The notes under the pieces are model-generated. The model saw only the letters and a program-made list of their open reading frames with translations, made no database searches and was not told the origin of the DNA. A program made the position numbers and the translations under genes. Below are positions 12,410 through 25,787 of a DNA stretch of 64,000 bases, piece by piece. Position 1 is the first letter of the stretch. The number at the start of each line of letters is the position of its first letter. Source of the stretch: Lama guanicoe (taxonomy: Eukaryota); NCBI GenBank assembly GCA_013239625.1, contig MU056358.1, forward strand, positions 2,900,158-2,964,157, in the 5' to 3' direction.

Positions 12410-12680
12410 TTTTTTTTTGAGATGGAGGTGAAATTCAGATAACAAAATTAATCATTTTAAAGCAAATGAACTGTAATTCACTGAGTTGATTCACAATGTT
12501 GTGTAAGCGTCGCCTCTACCTAGTTCTAAAACACTTTCATCACCCCCAAAGGAGACCCTGTACCCCTAAAGGAGTCGCTCCTCATTCTCTTCTTCCCCTG
12601 ATAACCACTGATCTGCTTTCTCTGTATGGATTTACCTATTATGGATATTTTGTATCAGTGGGAAAATACAACATGTGACT
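12410..12680 (-). mobile_element. L1MB-like 3'UTR fragment
   Basis: gaggtgaaattcagataacaaaattaatcattttaaag ... accactgatctgctttctctgtatggatttacctattatggatatttt. Confidence 0.75.
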
Positions 12681-13169
12681 TTTGGGGACCCATTGTCTTT
12701 TTAGATATCCCCCTGCCCCTCAGCCAAATCTACTGTCTTTTGCCAAGATCAGGGAATAAACTATCTGAATATTAAGAATGAGTGAAAACTCTCCATTAGA
12801 ATTAGTAGTTAAAATGTCCCACAAAAGTATTTTTCAATCTTTATTATGACGTCTCTACTCTCTCCAAAGCATACTGGTGGGATCTCAGTGGACTCTGCCC
12901 ATCAGGACCAACAGGCCGTACGTGAAGAGGGTGCAGAAAGGCCGGAGGCCCCTGCAGGCTGCCTGGGGACCAGGCCGAGTACGGCTGTGGGAAGGCCCCC
13001 GCCCTTTGAACACAGTGGCTGCTCAGATCCTCCTCTGAGGAGCCCACTGCCTGTGACCACACCTTGTGTGTGCCGTTCAGGAAAACCCAAGTTCATCTGC
13101 CAACTTCAGGATACAACCCTGGCTGTTCCGGGCTTTTCTTTCTGCCTTTCCCTAATCGCATCTGGGCGT

Positions 13170-13312
13170 GCTCTCTTAAAGGGGAAGTGGTGCGTTCTGA
13201 CTGGCCAGGGCCCTCAGCCAGGAGCCAGGAAACGTCTTCCAGGAGTCGCACTGCCCAGCGTGTCACTGGCTCAGCCTCCTTATCCAAACGGCCAGGCTGT
13301 CTCCCGGGATGT
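13170..13312 (+). promoter_or_regulatory. Candidate internal promoter and non-coding alternative first exon of ATXN7L1; the 5' boundary is approximate
   Basis: Locally CpG/GC-rich region (about 12900-13480), a TATA-like tcttaaag near 13174-13181, and a donor with perfect intronic consensus ATGT|gtaagt at 13313. This is an inference without transcript evidence. Confidence 0.4.
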
Positions 13313-14954
13313 GTAAGTGTGAGCGCAGGGCACGCTTGCCACACAGGATGGCGTGGGGCCGGGCCCGGGTCACGGAAGAGAGAGCCCGGCAGGCGGAGCG
13401 TGCTGTCAGCCCACGATCCATTTAGCAAGTCCGAGGTTTAGCACAGACGGTGCTCTGTGGGCTGTGGGTTAGCGCCGGCTCTGAGACAAGGCTGAGGTGT
13501 GGAGTGGGGAGAGTAGCTGCCTGAGAAAGAGGTCAGGAGTAGGAGGCTGGATTGGGGACCAGTCCATTTTGGACAGCCCTACTGGAGGCGCAAGCTTCAG
13601 GGCTGGGTAGGAGTGGAGTGGAAAATTTCAGAGCACACCTCTCCTGGCTCCGGGAAGCGGCTCCCCTGAACATTACCAGCTAGTCACCCCCACTTCTCTG
13701 CAGTTACGTGCAGCCCCAACCCCACCTGAGGCATCTGTCTGCTCACCAGTGATTTTTCATGGCCATTTTTATGTGCAAGTGGTGTTAAGAAATGTTTCGG
13801 GTCTCTTTCACTCCAACTTGAAAAATTGCTGGAAACTGGTGACCTGGGCTTTTCCTTCTTTCCTTTTCATGGACGGTCCTCTGTCCAGTGTGTGCACACG
13901 GTGGGTGCTGAGTCCACATTGGTGGCCAGTCTCCAGGCACGATTCAGGGTATACCTGGCCTGTCTTCTAGATCAGGTCTTATTTCCTGTGTGTCCACGGA
14001 GAAATGCGGGGGGCACGCTCACGCACGCTCACACACACAGCCACTTCCTAACTCAGTGCCACAAGTGAGTGGCTGATGGGGGCCACACAGACCCTTGCTA
14101 TATTTTAGACTCCTTTCTGCCTTTGGTTTTTGTTTGTATGATGGTGATGGTTAAATCATGTAAGAAAAAAAGTTGTGTTTTCACTGAAATAATTCAGACC
14201 TCTTGCTCTTGAAAGAAGTTGAGCAAAGGGAGCCCAGAGGGGGCCAGAACAAGCGGTGCCTCTGTGCGTGAACACTGGCAGGGCACAACCACACCCTACT
14301 TCAAGACAACTTCCTGTTTGCCACTGCCAACTGCCACTCCAAGGAGAACAGAAATGGTTCCGTTATTAGTGGCTGCTGTGGGACCACGACAGCCTGTGGG
14401 TGAGCGGTTCTGAGTGACGCTTTGAGCTTAGCATTGAGTTGAGACTTTGCACCTTCTCTTGTAGGAGACTGTGGCCTGCGCTCTTTGAAATTCGAGGTTG
14501 GTACAGATAGAAATCAAGCAGCCGTGTCTTCTCCTCCCTCAGCCTGTGTTCCTTAAACAATGTGCTCCCATAGGACTCTTGTAAATGAGATAGTGTTAAT
14601 TCGGGGACAGGAAGAAGGCAGGGAACTGCCCGCTTAGGAAGGCTACTACTTGTATCTTTTTCCATCTACATTTTCGCGTTTTAGGGGAACTCGTATGAAG
14701 TGCCGACTGTGAGTCTTATCAGTCCTCACAATGCTCATTTCTCCCACAGTGAACATAGCATGTGCCTATCAGGGCCAGACCCTGGGCTGAATGCCAGGGA
14801 CGAGAGAGGGCACAAAACAGCTGCCCTCGGTGCGTCCAGTGACAAGATACTTAGACCAGTAAACCAGCGATGACAACACGGGACGTGTGCTGGTGGGGAG
14901 GGCAGGTGCCTCCACGTGCAGTAGGAGCCCCTGCCCACTCGAAATCCTGTGATG

Positions 14955-15085
14955 TGGGTATCATTGCTCCCGTTGTATAGTAAGGAAGCTGGGGCTCAGG
15001 GGGTTAAATCATCTGCCCAAGTCACAGAGCTAATGAGCGACAGAGCTGGGATTTGAGCCCAGATCTTTCTGATTCTGAAGACAGC
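14955..15085 (-). mobile_element. MIR SINE
   Basis: gaagctggggctcagggggttaaatcatctgcccaagtcacagagctaatgagcgacagagctgggatttgagcccag. Confidence 0.8.
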
Positions 15086-18000
15086 AGTGTTTGGTCCCCA
15101 TTTCCAGTGACTCCCAAGGCTGGTGCAGAGCAAGAGAATCGCCTCAAAACCTTTTTTAAAATGCAGATTTGGGGGCCCTAGCTCTGCTCTGCAGTGCCGG
15201 GCCATCTCTGAGGTGTATAATGGCCTGAGCCCTTTCCCCACCTCACGCATCCGGGCCCTCCCACCCTTCCTGCGGCATGGACTGCGCACGCCTGTGACAG
15301 GGACCGGGGCTCTTTCTGTGCTTAGCCCAGGGTACCTTGGGTGAAGGCCACTGACGTTGCCTCAGGACAGTCCCAGGAAGAGCTGGCCCAGCTGTTCAGG
15401 TATTTTAGTCATTGGGAATCCTGGTTCTTGTATCTTTCCACCAAAGACACCCCAGCTCTGTCCGGTGTCTGGCAGCCTGCCACCCCTGTCCCTTCGGGGC
15501 CCCTGGGGCAGGGATAATGTCACCTGTGCCATCTTAAGGTAAATTCAACAATTTGTCATAAGCTGGAAGCCACCAGTTTTCAGCTAAGCTGTGGTAGAAC
15601 TATGTTTGCGCTCTTGTGACTTAACCAAGTGCGTATGTTGGTGGTTGGGGTGGAGGTCACCCAGGTGGGGAAGTTAGTACCGTGAAGATGGAATTCCTTG
15701 TCAACCCCTCCACTGCCATATTGGCTCTGGACGCGTGGGAACAGCTGGGGCAATCGAAGGCGAGGGTGGCAGCTCTGTCCCAAGGGGCAGGTGGGCTGGT
15801 CTGGTGTCAGGTCCTCCAGGCGGCAGCCCACCTCCTGAGAGGACCGTGTTCTCTACTCTCAGGGTGACCAGGTGATGGCCAGCGGGGTCTGGAGGGTGTA
15901 TCAGCTCCCTGAGGGAACCCTTGGGCAATGGCAGAGTCTGTCTTACCACCACCATTGTATTTCCGTGCCAAGGAAATGCTTTAACAAGTGAATGAATGAA
16001 TGAATGAGGTGTGACTTGAACACATGCTTTTCTCTCCTTCCTCCCTTTGTATTTATACCTGTTTTCTCCCCTTTACCCTCTCTGGCTAAGGATGTGTCAG
16101 TGTGTTTGTTGTTTGTTTGTTAATCTTCCTTTTTTCTTGTATGGCCTTGAAAAACATCTTTAACAAAAACAGAGCGATCTTATATCCTTTCCTTTTTTCC
16201 TCGTCTGTCTATATTGTATATTCATGTATATATGAATATGTTATGTATTTTTGTTTTTATAAAGTATTGGTTAGTGTTTACCTATTATGGCTGATATTTT
16301 TAATTTTCTTGTAGATCTGAGCAGTTCTGTCTCACACACACATTTCCTGAGACTGAGATAACCCTCGTAGCTGTCGGTTTCGGTTATTTTATTCTAGATC
16401 AGGTTGATTGCGGTCGTTTTTACTATTGTAAACAGTGCTGCTAAGAATATTATCCTTAAACTTTTTGTGGAGGGGAAGGTGGCGAGGATATTTCCTGGAG
16501 GTCTATTTTCCAGACTAAAATTACCACATTACCAGATCAAAGTCTGTGAATGCCTTTTGCTTCACGAGGTTGCTCTCCAGAGAAATGTCATCCCTTGAAA
16601 GTACCCTAGCAGTGTGTACGTGTGTTTGTTTCCCCGCTAGTCTATAGTGCTGTGTTTTTTTTTTTCTGTTTCGGCAAGGTTGTGTCTAGTGCACGCATCC
16701 TTGGGGCTGATGAAAATATTTCAGGGCCCTGGAAAGTCCCTGGGACTCCCCAAATCCTACCCAGCAGTGGTTGATGCCAGAAATGTATACCTTAGTATAA
16801 ATTACCAACCAAAGAGCAGGTCTGGGACGGGGGATGCTACTGACAGGGAGAGGTCAAAAGCATCCCAAGTTATCTAACTTCAGAGTTGTGTCCTGCACCA
16901 GCTCTGAAAACGGGCAATGCTTTGTCAAGAATCTTCGGAGAAGTTGTGTCGCTGAAGTGTAGAGGGAAGGGACCCTCGCAGAGGGAGGCATGATGGAAAG
17001 GCCATTGGCTCTGGGGACAGGCAGGTCTGGGCTCTCCTCCCAATGGCCAAGGTCGACGTGACCTTGGCCTTTTTTCAAAATCTTGCTAAGCTTTCATTTC
17101 CCCGTCTATAACGAGGAGCCTGACAGTATCCACTTTGGGGGTTGTTGGACTGATGACCTGAGCTGGTGCATGTAAAAGTAGCTTGCTCGGTGCCTAACAC
17201 ATAGTAGTCACCCAGGAAACGCTGCTTCTCTTCCTGACTGACTGAATGAATGAATGGGCACAGAGTGACCAGATGGCCGAGAAACCAACCCAGAGCCTAG
17301 GGGGGGTTTGAGAACTGAGCTGGCACGAGCAGGGTGGGCACTGGCCCACGCTGGCATTTGTCACATGCCCCAGACAGTGTGCATTGCCTGGCTGGGTAGG
17401 AGGTGAAGAGTAAAGAAGACCTAGCACCAGCTAAGTGGCGACAGGCACCCATGCTTGAAGACACACCTCTCCAGCCACTCAGGCCTGGACAGCTTTCAAA
17501 GAGTCACTCCAGCCCGAGGAGGGAGCGGGCTTCTGAGGAGCTCACAAGCACTCCCGGCACAGGAGCTGCTGGGCATGGCTCTGCCTGCCTTAGTCACTTG
17601 ACTTTCCTGTGTCTTCATTTCCTCCCCTGCTGAGGAAGGCTGATTTAGTATCCCGGCTCTAACCACCGTGGCACTATGTTTAGTGCCCTGCTACAATTGC
17701 AGCAAATGAGACCACGAGCTCAGGAGCCAGCCCCTGCTCTCCGCTTTCTAGACTTACTAGACTTGGGACAGGTTTTCCAAATGCAGCGGGCCTCAGTTTC
17801 CACAGCTGTAAACTGGGAGAATACCGGCCTCATTTCCTCAGCAAGTGGTCGCAAGGTACAGCTGGCGTGGTTCCTGCATGGCTCCCCCGGCTGAGGTCTG
17901 TGCTCTGCCCATTGCCCTCTGGCTCCAGGTTACTTTTGGAAGGTCCCTTGGAGTTCAGGGTTGTCCTTTATGGAAAGCATCCTGACCGCAGCTACTAAAG

Positions 18001-18894
18001 CAGATAGAATCCATTGATAAAATAGAGCCCGGCTAATGATTTGCCAAGCACCTGCTTTCCGAGCTGGGGGTCGAAAGAGACTCAGCACCGTCGAATGAGC
18101 AGACCAGGAGCTGGCTTCACCCCAAGTGAGCTTACACAAGCGTGGCAGGCTGAGAGTGACTGAGGTGCACGTACTCTATTGGGGTGGAGATTGGTCCCTT
18201 AAACACCATATTGGAAAATTCCCAACAAGTTCTTTCTAAAACTGGTACAGGGAACCACACTGGGTGTTGGCAGCCGGCTCAGCCATTCATGAGGCATCTG
18301 TGCTGAGGTTTTAAATGCAGGACATTGATGCTATGAGTTTAAAAATATCTCAGTGAACAAGTGTGGGGGGAGGGGAGGGTTCCGAATTTTTCCTGAAATG
18401 GAATTGCCTGAAAACCTGGTGGAGAGAAGGAGAGAGAATTGTGGAGACACCAGGGCTCCCCCCACAGCATCTGCCAGCCCCCTGCACAGCTGCTCTCCGG
18501 AACTGTGCCCTGGAGTCACGCAGGGGTGGTTAGGGTGTATGTGGTGGAGCAGGTGGTCTTAGAACAGCCAGTGGCTGAGGCCATGCTCTGGGCTTCCTGT
18601 GGGGGAAATGCAAGAAAGTAAAAGGATTTGGCTTTTCATTTCTCTGGTCCTGGGGTCCCCAACTTTTTGGAGTTGAGGTCTCAGGCTGGCTGCTGATTGG
18701 TACCAAAAAGCTGGCAAATTAGGTATTTTTTCCCCTCCCCTCCCTAGGGGAGTTGGGTGCCCTGCTGAAATGCTCATACTCAGTGGGCAAGGGAGGTACC
18801 CAGCGGTCTTCCTGGCTCTCCCTCTCGGCTGCAGCATCTTCTGGGATTTCAAGGAGGCAGAGCTCAGGGATAAGACCACAGGCTCTGTAGACAT

Positions 18895-19070
18895 CCCAGA
18901 TCTAATGTTTCCTAGCTCCATGAACTTGGGCTAGTTGTATCTCTGACCTCAGTTTCTTCACTTGTAGAATAGATATAATCATTGTACCTCTCTTAGGATG
19001 TTGTAAGAATTAAATACTATAAGGTAAATCAAGTGTTTAGTAGAGTACTTGGCACATAGGAAAGTCAATA
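18895..19070 (+). mobile_element. MIR SINE
   Basis: MIR core ctcagtttcttcacttgtagaatag ... gttgtaagaattaaa ... cttggcacatag. Confidence 0.75.
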
Positions 19071-22000
19071 AGTTACTGTAACTACTGGCCAAAGGACAGA
19101 AAGGGTGAGACCAGAGGTTGCTGATCCAACATCATTCACTGAGGTTGTAATTGATGGAGTGGACACTTCATTCTGCATGAGTGTCCTGACAGTGATTTTC
19201 TGTTTTCACTTCAGTAGGTAAGTGGTCCTCATATTCAACATCTGCACTATAGATTGCTTTGGTCTTTCTGTCCCACGGTCTAGAAAGAAGTGTGTTGCAA
19301 GAGCTATAAACTATTGCAACTTTTTTCACATTGGTAACTATACTTCAAAGAAATAACCCCAAATTGCTTTTTAAATAAATTGGAAGAAACGGAGCCAGGG
19401 GACAAGTAACTAGTAAGAGAATAGCTAAGTTATGTATAGCATGCCAGTGACTGAATATTACCTAACCATTTTAAATGGACCAGTATATGGGAATTAGAAA
19501 TGTAGACTAATGCTAGTTGAAAAAGAATAGTCCAAAATGTCAATTGATTATCAATTATCAATTGTTAATGCATCTATGTGCATTAGCCGAAAATGAGAGA
19601 ATTTGGAGAGAAAGGCTCTTTTTCTCTAAAATTGCTTCAGTCTATAGAATATTTTAATAGTGAGTAAAAAAATACAATGCTCTGTAAACTATTTCTGGGC
19701 AAAGCAAATGAAATTAGAATACTTATAGGAATCCACGGAAGGCAATCCCTTAACCAAAATGGGAAAAAATGGGTAAGCCCACCGTAGGTGAGTTCTTGTA
19801 TCAGAATGATTGTGATGTAAGTCTGGAACACTGGAACACTTTACCCGGAGACCTTCCACCTGCCACCCACCTCTCCAGCAAAAGACAAAACCTTGTGAGT
19901 TATCTACAGGCAGGTCTTCACAGAGTAGTCTGAGAAAAACAAATTGAAAAGGAATTGCATCTTTCTGAAAAACCTACTCACTCTGCCCTACCCAGATGTC
20001 AGTTCTACCCAATTTCAAAAGTTTAGCCAAATGAAAAATGTAATGCCCACCTCCTGAGTCGGGCTCTGATCACTCTGACCTTGTTTCTCCACTTCAAATT
20101 CTTACACAGCCTTTTTGCCTGCACTAGTGGCTGGCAAGCTCATACTCAAAGCTCAGGCGACAGAAGTACAGATCTCTTTGTGGGAAACCTTGAAATAGTG
20201 ACAGATTTAATTCCGTCTGATCAATAAGGAACAGTTTCACAAGTAGGAAATACTGCTTTAATCTGTTTCTTACGACACAAAAATCTCATAGTAAACAAAC
20301 AAAAAACTAAGGGTGAAGGGCTATCTTCCAACTTTGATGAATACTCTTTCATATGCAATTTGTTCTTTCCGTTGGTCATTCAAGAGGGATTTATGGGAGT
20401 AAAATATAAAACCAAGAAAAAGGCCTATCTATTGATTTAATTTTTTATGTTTCATTCAGTGTTGGCAGGGTCACTAACCGTAAGCCTCTGGGAAGGTGAT
20501 TTTAGAATTGCTGTTCTGTCCCGTTCAATTTGTCCTTATTGTCACTCTTCCTTGTGATTTATCTGTGACTACCTGTGTTATTTTCAACTCTTAGTTTAGC
20601 AAAATAAACGTTCTCTTCCTTATCAGAGCTTATCTCCCCACCAGAGCTGAGGAATATTTCTGCACATCCTTTCCCCTCCTCCCCCTGCCAGCTTGAGCCT
20701 GTGACAGCAAAGGAGTGAATGAAGTCTGCAGAAAAATCCAAAACAGTAGTGGTGAAAATCAAAAGTCTTATTTTAGTCTTGGAAACCTCTGCCAAAAAAG
20801 AAATGGTGAAGCAAGGCATTTCTGAAGGACAGAAAGAACTGTGGATTTGAAGTAAGGAGGCTTGGTTCTAGTCTCAGCACTGCCACAACTAGCTTTGCCC
20901 TGCAGGCTGGTAACTGATAACCCCCCTCACTGATAACCTTATCCATCAGCAAGGAGATCAGAGGAGCTGACTTTTGAGATCCTGTTCTAACCTTCAGCGA
21001 TTCTAAGTACCTGTACTACCTAAGTTCCTGGCTTCACATCTTGGTCCCGGTACACTCCATTTCCTGCCTTCCTGAGAAGCGGCTTGGCCCCTGCCCACGG
21101 CACAGAGGCCTCACTCCTCGCCTGGCCATTGCCCCTGACCTTGGCGAGTCACCTCCCCCTCTGGGTCTTCTTGGGCTGGTCAGCCGTGGGGAGGGTGGGG
21201 ACGGCTGACTGCTTCCTGCCTGTCTCACAGGAGTTGTAAAGACCAGTATAATTTCACAAAGGATGAATTCCTCCAAGGAAGCTCCTGCCTGAGTGAAATA
21301 TCTCAATCCTTCAGCTGTAATTATTGCTATAACATTCAGGAATCATGAGAGAAGGGAAAAGGAGGAGCAGGTATAAGTATGCCGGTCATGGAGTAGAAAG
21401 AGGCTTTCCAGGCCATCCAGGGACCCACCTCATTTACAGATAAAGGCATGGGAACTGAGAAAGTTAAAGCAGTAAACTCTAGGCCATAAGCGTAATAACG
21501 TGCTGTGGTTGGAGTTAGACCTCCTGGGTTTTCTCCGTGACATCAAAACGGAGGCCCTGGAACTAGCAATTGGCTTTGAAAACTTTGAACAGGATAGCTC
21601 TGAGCATGTATGCAAGTTCTCCTCTGACCCAGTCAAGAAAGATTCCCCAGCAAAGTTATTTAGTGCAGGCAACCTGTGAACCCTGCTCAGGCAAAAACAC
21701 CCAACAATCAGATGATCCTCAGAAATCCACTTTTTTCCATCAATTCCCACTTGATCAGAGGAGTAGAATCAGTCTGCTTTGAGACAACCTGGCAGCCCAT
21801 TGGTATCGGGGAGCACAGAGAAACCCTGAAGGCCTGTCCCAGGTAACCAGGTGAGACTGGCTTTCTTCTCCCAGGTCAGGGTGCCTGGAATAGCAGCCAG
21901 AAATGTCTCACTAACGAGAAAAGCCTGAGACTCAGCTTGGAGATGGAGGGAGAGTGGGGTCTGCCTTCTTTGTCCCTGTCTTGTTCATTATCATGTTCAA

Positions 22001-22986
22001 CCCAGTTCTCCAACCTCGTGATCTCTCAGGATATCTGTTATAATTTTACTTATTTATTTGACACGTGGTAATCAAGCACTGACTATATGTGGGGCTCTGT
22101 AGCAGGCACGAGGGAGCCAGAGGAGACTTGGGATTTCAGAGCGTTTGTCCTTCGGGGGTTCCTTCCCATAATTATGTACAAGGTTTTGGGGCACGTGTAA
22201 ATGTGCATTTTTCTTGGGAGGGGTCCTTTAATCAAATCTGTTACCCTCTAAGAGTTAAGAACCACCAGAGCGGGCGTGCACTAGAACTTCACTTTGTGCA
22301 CCTGCTCTCCAGGTCAGACTCTTCATCCTGCATTGAACTGAGGCCACGGGAGCTGACTGAGGGTCAATAAGTGAGGCATGTCAGCCCAGAGCTCTGGTAG
22401 GGAGCTGTGCCCGGCTACCCAAGTCCGGGGCCCACATCTGCGGATTCGGCCTCAAGCATTGATGTCCTGTGGCCCTGGGCCACTTCCTGAACCTAGGAGG
22501 CCCTCTCATTCTGCCCTGCTGGTCCTTGTGACTTTAGTGCTCCTGCTAGGGTTCGGCTTCCAGAAACTGCTATGTGTTCTCTTTTAGTCCTACCCTACCA
22601 ACTACACTGAGCCATGCTGTAGCCTCTAGGTAGCTATCTGAGGATGACTTGGGCCATGTGGTTATCTCACTGTGTGCAGGCGACACTGGTGTCCCCTCCG
22701 CTAATCCTGCAGAAGTGGTTTTGCAGGAGGATGGCCTGATAAATGCCTCCCGTGAGAACCTCGGTGCGAGTTCAGTGTGCCACTTGATGCAGACGTTAGG
22801 AAGGTAACCCCTGCCAGCTGGTGGGACAGGAGCAGATGTCAAGCAAACTGTAGTCAGAACTGAGGCTTCGGGCTTGCGCACACTGCGGGATCAGAACTCT
22901 TCTCTCTGCTTGTTGCGTCCGTGAGTGTGCATGTGACTTGCTTGCTACAGATGACGCACTGAGTTCTGTTCTTTCTCCCTCTGTAG

Positions 22987-23209
22987 AGAGAAGACACGGT
23001 TCAATGTGTAGACCTTCTCCCTCCCCGGCGTCTCCACCCTCCAACTCTAGGACNNNNNNNNNNNNNNNNNNNNNNNNNNNNNNNNNNNNNNNNNNNNNNN
23101 NNNNNNNNNNNNNNNNNNNNNNNNNNNNNNNNNNNNNNNNNNNNNNNNNNNNNNNNNNNNNNNNNNNNNNNNNNNNNNNNNNNNNNNNNNNNNCCAGGGA
23201 CAAACCATG
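22987..23209 (+). CDS. ATXN7L1: ATXN7L1 internal coding exon (probably exon 4): (E)RRHGSMCRPSPSPASPPSNSR...[gap]...RDKP(C). Contains the last His of the N-terminal ZnF-Sgf73 finger and an internal Met.
   Basis: Pyrimidine tract and acceptor ttctttctccctctgtAG (AG at 22985-86); donor TG|gtgagt at 23210. The translation matches my recall of human ATXN7L1 ERRHGSMCRPSPSP...RDKPC. The 223-nt length (phase 1 to phase 2) fits the recalled human segment despite the N-run at 23054-23193. Confidence 0.93.
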
Positions 23210-24437
23210 GTGAGTGTTGTGTGCTGGCAGCCCATCTGTCCTCGCTGCTTGTCCCTGTCTCCCAGGGCTTTGTTCCTGGGCACCATATCCAGGAACTGGG
23301 GAAACTGAGGTGGGAAGGGACAGAGAACCAGAATGATGGCATGAGAAACCTGGAACAAGGGACCTTGAAGTGCCATCTGCCTGACAGGAATGTTTTCCAC
23401 TCCTGGGAGCTGAGGCAAGTTGTGTCTAAGAAAAGGGTAACAGGGAGATATCGCTCAGTTTTATGGTCACCTCTCAAGTTTCTGCCCCAGTGACGAGAAG
23501 CGTTGGTATAAATAATCCAAAGCGCAGACAGTCTGCCCAGCGGGGAGTGAGGCCACAGTCCTGCCCCGCAGCCCCGGGAGCAGGCCCCCCACAGAGCATC
23601 TCCCATAGCTGCCCGCAGAGGCAGGTAGTTGGGAGCTGAGCGCAGGAGGAAGGAGGGGAATCCAAAGAGAATGTCGCCCCTTTAATGGGATGGGAGAGGG
23701 CTGGCTGCAGGTGACTATGAAAAATCAGGGGCTTGTCATTCCCTTTTTTATCTTAGTCTTTCGCTAAGTCAGAAAAGGTTACCTGTGGAATGGGCACATA
23801 GGAAACCAAACTGAAAACCCAGAACAGGAAGCGGGAGATGAGTACCTTCAAATGCCGAGGACCCAACTTGGGACCCTTAGGGACCACCTTATGGTAGAGC
23901 CTCCAGCCTTATCTTGCAGGCCTTGTGAAGGCAGATGGGGGATAAGTGTGGAATCTGTTCATTTATATGTTTAAGGGGAAAAAACCTCCTGTTAATTCAT
24001 GATAGTTAATTACGCTGAAGTTCCTAGCTGGGAAGGCAGTGGACTAAAGCCATCCATCAATTGGTTTGTCACCGCACGCTGGAAATTATGATGACTTTGT
24101 AAGGAGCTCATTATGCCAGATCAATTAAGGAGCCTCTTGCAACAGCATGGAAAGGTTTAGATGTGGCTGTCAAGGAGGGAAGTCACCTGTCATACAGCCA
24201 GGCCTCACCGACAAGCTCTGTCGTCTTCTGAGTGTTAGAATCTCCATGCTGTAGGAGGACATAGCTGGTTAGGGAAGACCCAGCCTGAGAATGACAGTCG
24301 GTGGCCTCTGGGCCTGCCCTGCGTGTAGTGTGAGTCTCCCTCTTTCGGTGACCTCGGAGAACACCTGAAAGTTTTTTTGCCGAGGCAGCATCCGGTCTTT
24401 TGATGTGAGCACTTCCTCTGTCACTGCCCGTGTACAA

Positions 24438-24620
24438 ATCTCAGCTGGGTGACCTTGGGCAAATGGCTTGATCTTGATGGGCCTCAGTTTTCCTCATCTG
24501 TAAAATGTGGCTAATGGTATCTCCACCCTGTGGGATTTTTATGAGGATGACTATGAGCTAATTTTTATAACAGCAGCAATAATGATGTCTGGCACAGAGC
24601 GCACTTTGGCTAAATGGTTG
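24438..24620 (+). mobile_element. MIR SINE
   Basis: gctgggtgaccttgggcaa ... gcctcagttttcctcatctgtaaaatg ... tctggcacagag. Confidence 0.8.
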
Positions 24621-25787
24621 ATAATACTGTTACCACTACCATCATCACGTGTGCCAAAGGACGGAGTCCCTGTAACCTGGGATAAAAGCTGAGAAGCCAA
24701 ACCTCCCTGAAAAAGTGGAGAAATGGCTCTTCAGACTCAGACTCAAATTGAAAATGGAAAAGGATAAAGTCATTTATTCAGAGTCCAGAAATAAGCTTCA
24801 GAGCAATCAAGTGAGGAAACCGAGGCAAGGGGCTCACGAGGAATAAACCAGAAGGAAACCCAGGGGTCCTGGAACATCATAGCATGAACACAATAAATGA
24901 CAAATGGTAAATGTGATCCAAGGAGGGGGAGACACAACAACAAGAATTCTCCCAGGATACCAGCCTTCGGGGAGACTGTGGGGTTAGATCAGCCTCTACA
25001 TTTGGGGCAGACCAACTCAACACACACTTATTAAGCCCTGGTCTGTATGGGCAAGGCTCCTTCAGCTAGAGGCAGAAAGTGGTTTTGAAAGAATCTGAAA
25101 AAAAAAAAACTAGCAGGGCCAAATAAGAGCAACTGAAAGGGTTGCAAGGAGGGAGATATCCCTCATGAAAAAAAAAAAAGGCTCCAAAAACTAGAGCACT
25201 TACCTCATGTGAAGAGTAGAAAGCTTGTGGGCAGTTTACCTGACTTTGAGTAGGTAGATATCTGAAGACAGACCAAGGGGTGCAGATGCATGAGGCTGAG
25301 CGTTGACGGCGCCTACCTGTTCTCACCTCCGATCAGCCCATCCCCTCCCACCATCACTGGGCATGCGTGTTGGAAGGCTGGGGAGATTTGGTTTGGAGGC
25401 TTCAAGGGCCCCACCTCAGTTAGAGGAGGCTTCTCCAGAGGGCAGTGTGGAAGAAGGGGCACTGGCCGAGGGGCAAGAAAAGCCAATTCAAGTCCCAGCT
25501 CAGTCACTAACTTTCTGTGTGTCCCTCAACAAGTCACTTAACTTCTCAGAGTCTTTGTTTCAAGCCTGACTATTTTGTGACTTTTAAGTCACAATTCTCT
25601 CAAAAATTCTCAAAGACTCCCCATTGCCTGTTGAATTAAGAGGTCGGCCCTCAGCCCAGCATAAGGGACTCTCTACAAACTGGCTTCAACCCCTCTAATC
25701 CAATCCTGATCATCCAGTACCATCCCATTATGCCAGCTTCCCCACCATGTCTTCCCCTGGTTCCTTTGCCTGGAATATCCCTCTGTC

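Noticed and set aside
19535-19575. Palindromic caattg/atcaat cluster (possible hairpin or miRNA)
   Set aside because: It is short, AT-rich and low in complexity, with no extended stem of pre-miRNA length.
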